From Ignavibacteriota bacterium (GTDB lineage Bacteria; Bacteroidota; Ignavibacteria; UBA10030; UBA6906): 64,000 nt of DNA. Positions 62,880-64,000 of this stretch are shown piece by piece. The stretch is taken from positions 24,757-88,756 of the forward strand of contig CAWESL010000015.1 in NCBI GenBank assembly GCA_963811705.1, given 5' to 3'. The position numbers were made by a program, and so were the translations under genes. The notes below the pieces were generated by a model. It was not told the DNA's origin. It saw only the letters and a program-made list of their open reading frames with translations, and searched no databases. Every line of letters begins with the position of its first letter. Position 1 is the first letter of the stretch.

Positions 62880-63968
62880 TTAAAATTTGCTGACGAGCTC
62901 CTCGTTCGTGGCGTATTTCTCCGTCAGGCGGAGAGCGGCCAGAAGGGCCTCGCGGGGATTCAATCGCGAAAGAGAACGACGCAAATTCTGGTGACGTCCC
63001 GCCTCGGCACCGAAGAGGATCTCTTCCCTTCGGGTCCCCGAAAGTGACAGGTTCATCGCGGGGAAGAGCCGCTCCTCGGCCAATTTCCGATCCAGGACCA
63101 GCTCCATGTTCCCCGTTCCCTTGAACTCCTGGAAGATGAGTTCGTCCATCCTCGAGTTCGTTTCGATCAGGGCGGTGGCGATGATGGTGAGCGAACCTCC
63201 GCCTTCCAACTTTCGTGCCGCGCCGAAGATTCGTTTCGGAATTTCCAGGGCCCGCGCGTCGACTCCGCCCGACATGGTCCTGCCGCTCCCGCGCTGATGA
63301 ATATTGAACGCCCGTCCGAGCCGGGTCAAAGAATCAAGAAGGAGCACGACGTCGCGGCCCGTTTCCACCTTCCGTTTCGCATATTCCAGCACGAGCTGCG
63401 CGAGCCGCACCTGGTTTCCCCTCTCGGTGTCGCTTGAGCTCCCGAATACTTCGCCCCGGATCGCCCGTTTCATTTCCGTCAATTCTTCCGGGCGTTCATC
63501 CACAAGAAGGACAATGAGATCCACGTCGCTATTGAACGTACTGATGGCGTGAGCGAGCTGCTGCAGGAGGATGGTCTTTCCTGCCTTCGGGGGAGAGACA
63601 ATGAGGGCGCGCTGTCCCTTCCCGATCGGACAAAACAGACTCACGAGGCGCATGGCCACGTCGCAGCCGGGTCCGTCGAGGCGCAGAGCTTCCTGCGGGG
63701 AGATGGGTTCGTGGTTGCTCAGATCGGCGAACCGTTTCCAGGCTTCGGGGGCGACCCCGTTGACCCGGGCAATGCTCCGGACGTGCGGGCTCTTGCCATG
63801 GCGCTCCTCGGCTTCCCCCTCGAGGTAGACTCCTTCGCGAAGAGTAAATCGGTCGACGAACGTTGAGGAAACAAAAGGGTCGCCGGGTTTGCTTGCAATG
63901 GTCAGGGATCGCGTCCGCACAAATCCGGTCCGTCCCCCTTCGAGCTCGAGTATTCCCTGAAATGTCAT
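62880..63968 (-). CDS. rho: Transcription termination factor Rho lacking the N-terminal helix-bundle domain
   Basis: The OB/CSD-like segment 'GILELEGGRTGFVRT', Walker A 'SPPKAGKT', 'LLVDERPEE', the Q/R-loop region and 'FPAMNLSLSGTRREE' are present. It is 362 aa, against about 419 aa for E. coli Rho. An in-frame TAA lies 9 nt upstream of the ATG, which follows an AAGGTGA RBS. Confidence 0.9.
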   Translation of the reverse strand: MTFQGILELEGGRTGFVRTRSLTIASKPGDPFVSSTFVDRFTLREGVYLEGEAEERHGKSPHVRSIARVNGVAPEAWKRFADLSNHEPISPQEALRLDGPGCDVAMRLVSLFCPIGKGQRALIVSPPKAGKTILLQQLAHAISTFNSDVDLIVLLVDERPEELTEMKRAIRGEVFGSSSDTERGNQVRLAQLVLEYAKRKVETGRDVVLLLDSLTRLGRAFNIHQRGSGRTMSGGVDARALEIPKRIFGAARKLEGGGSLTIIATALIETNSRMDELIFQEFKGTGNMELVLDRKLAEERLFPAMNLSLSGTRREEILFGAEAGRHQNLRRSLSRLNPREALLAALRLTEKYATNEELVSKF

Positions 63969-64000
63969 TTCACCTTATTCGTGGTTCAAGTCGGCACTGC

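Noticed and set aside
1-64000. Search for a mobile element, prophage, genomic-island boundary, defence system, CRISPR array, or tRNA/rRNA gene.
   Set aside because: I saw no integrase, transposase, recombinase, phage structural, Cas, restriction-modification or toxin-antitoxin signature. I also found no flanking direct repeats or tRNA-like sequences in the intergenic regions I read. Composition is fairly uniform apart from short AT-rich intergenic hairpins. This survey was done by eye and is not exhaustive.

Overview
The window is about 60% GC and reads as bacterial chromosomal DNA. Coding density is high on both strands. I found no rRNA, tRNA, CRISPR array, transposase or integrase. Three secreted proteins carry C-terminal 'YPNPFNP...'-type T9SS sorting domains, and a complete Bat (aerotolerance) operon is present. 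Together these point to the Fibrobacteres-Chlorobi-Bacteroidetes group, perhaps Ignavibacteriota/Kapabacteria-like; this is inference only.

Contents in order:
- an orphan LuxR-type regulator
- two exported glycan-processing enzymes and a 1066-aa multi-PAS HisKA_2 sensor kinase
- a CzcCBA-type RND efflux operon interrupted by four small genes plus tatA
- tandem PAP2 phosphatases
- pgl and a frameshifted glk
- a large T9SS cargo protein and a DUF2723 membrane protein
- the eight-gene MoxR/DUF58/VWA/TPR/BatD/SH3 Bat operon
- a lipoate ligase-like gene divergent from a pyruvate dehydrogenase E1-E2-E3 operon
- gpx, a TraR/DksA zinc-finger protein, a Trp-rich exported protein, an elongated GroES-like protein, class I FBA, cspA, a C-N hydrolase, queF and a thioredoxin-like lipoprotein
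- two very large low-complexity TPR/charged-helix proteins
- a tightly coupled four-gene operon: CDP-alcohol phosphotransferase, HisC-like PLP enzyme, LicC-like cytidylyltransferase, second CDP-alcohol phosphotransferase
- pfk, an AlkA-like glycosylase and an N-terminally minimal Rho

The best candidate for an undescribed system is the 57075-60652 operon. I predict it is a Kennedy-type pathway that makes and transfers a CDP-activated amino-alcohol phosphate. Next come the interrupted RND operon and the mechanistically unexplained Bat operon.

Two genes (glk and a small exported protein) show apparent single-base frameshifts at short G runs, which may be assembly errors. The many very long antisense ORFs in the track are rejected as GC3-driven shadow ORFs. 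All family assignments come from by-eye motif recognition; no database search was run.
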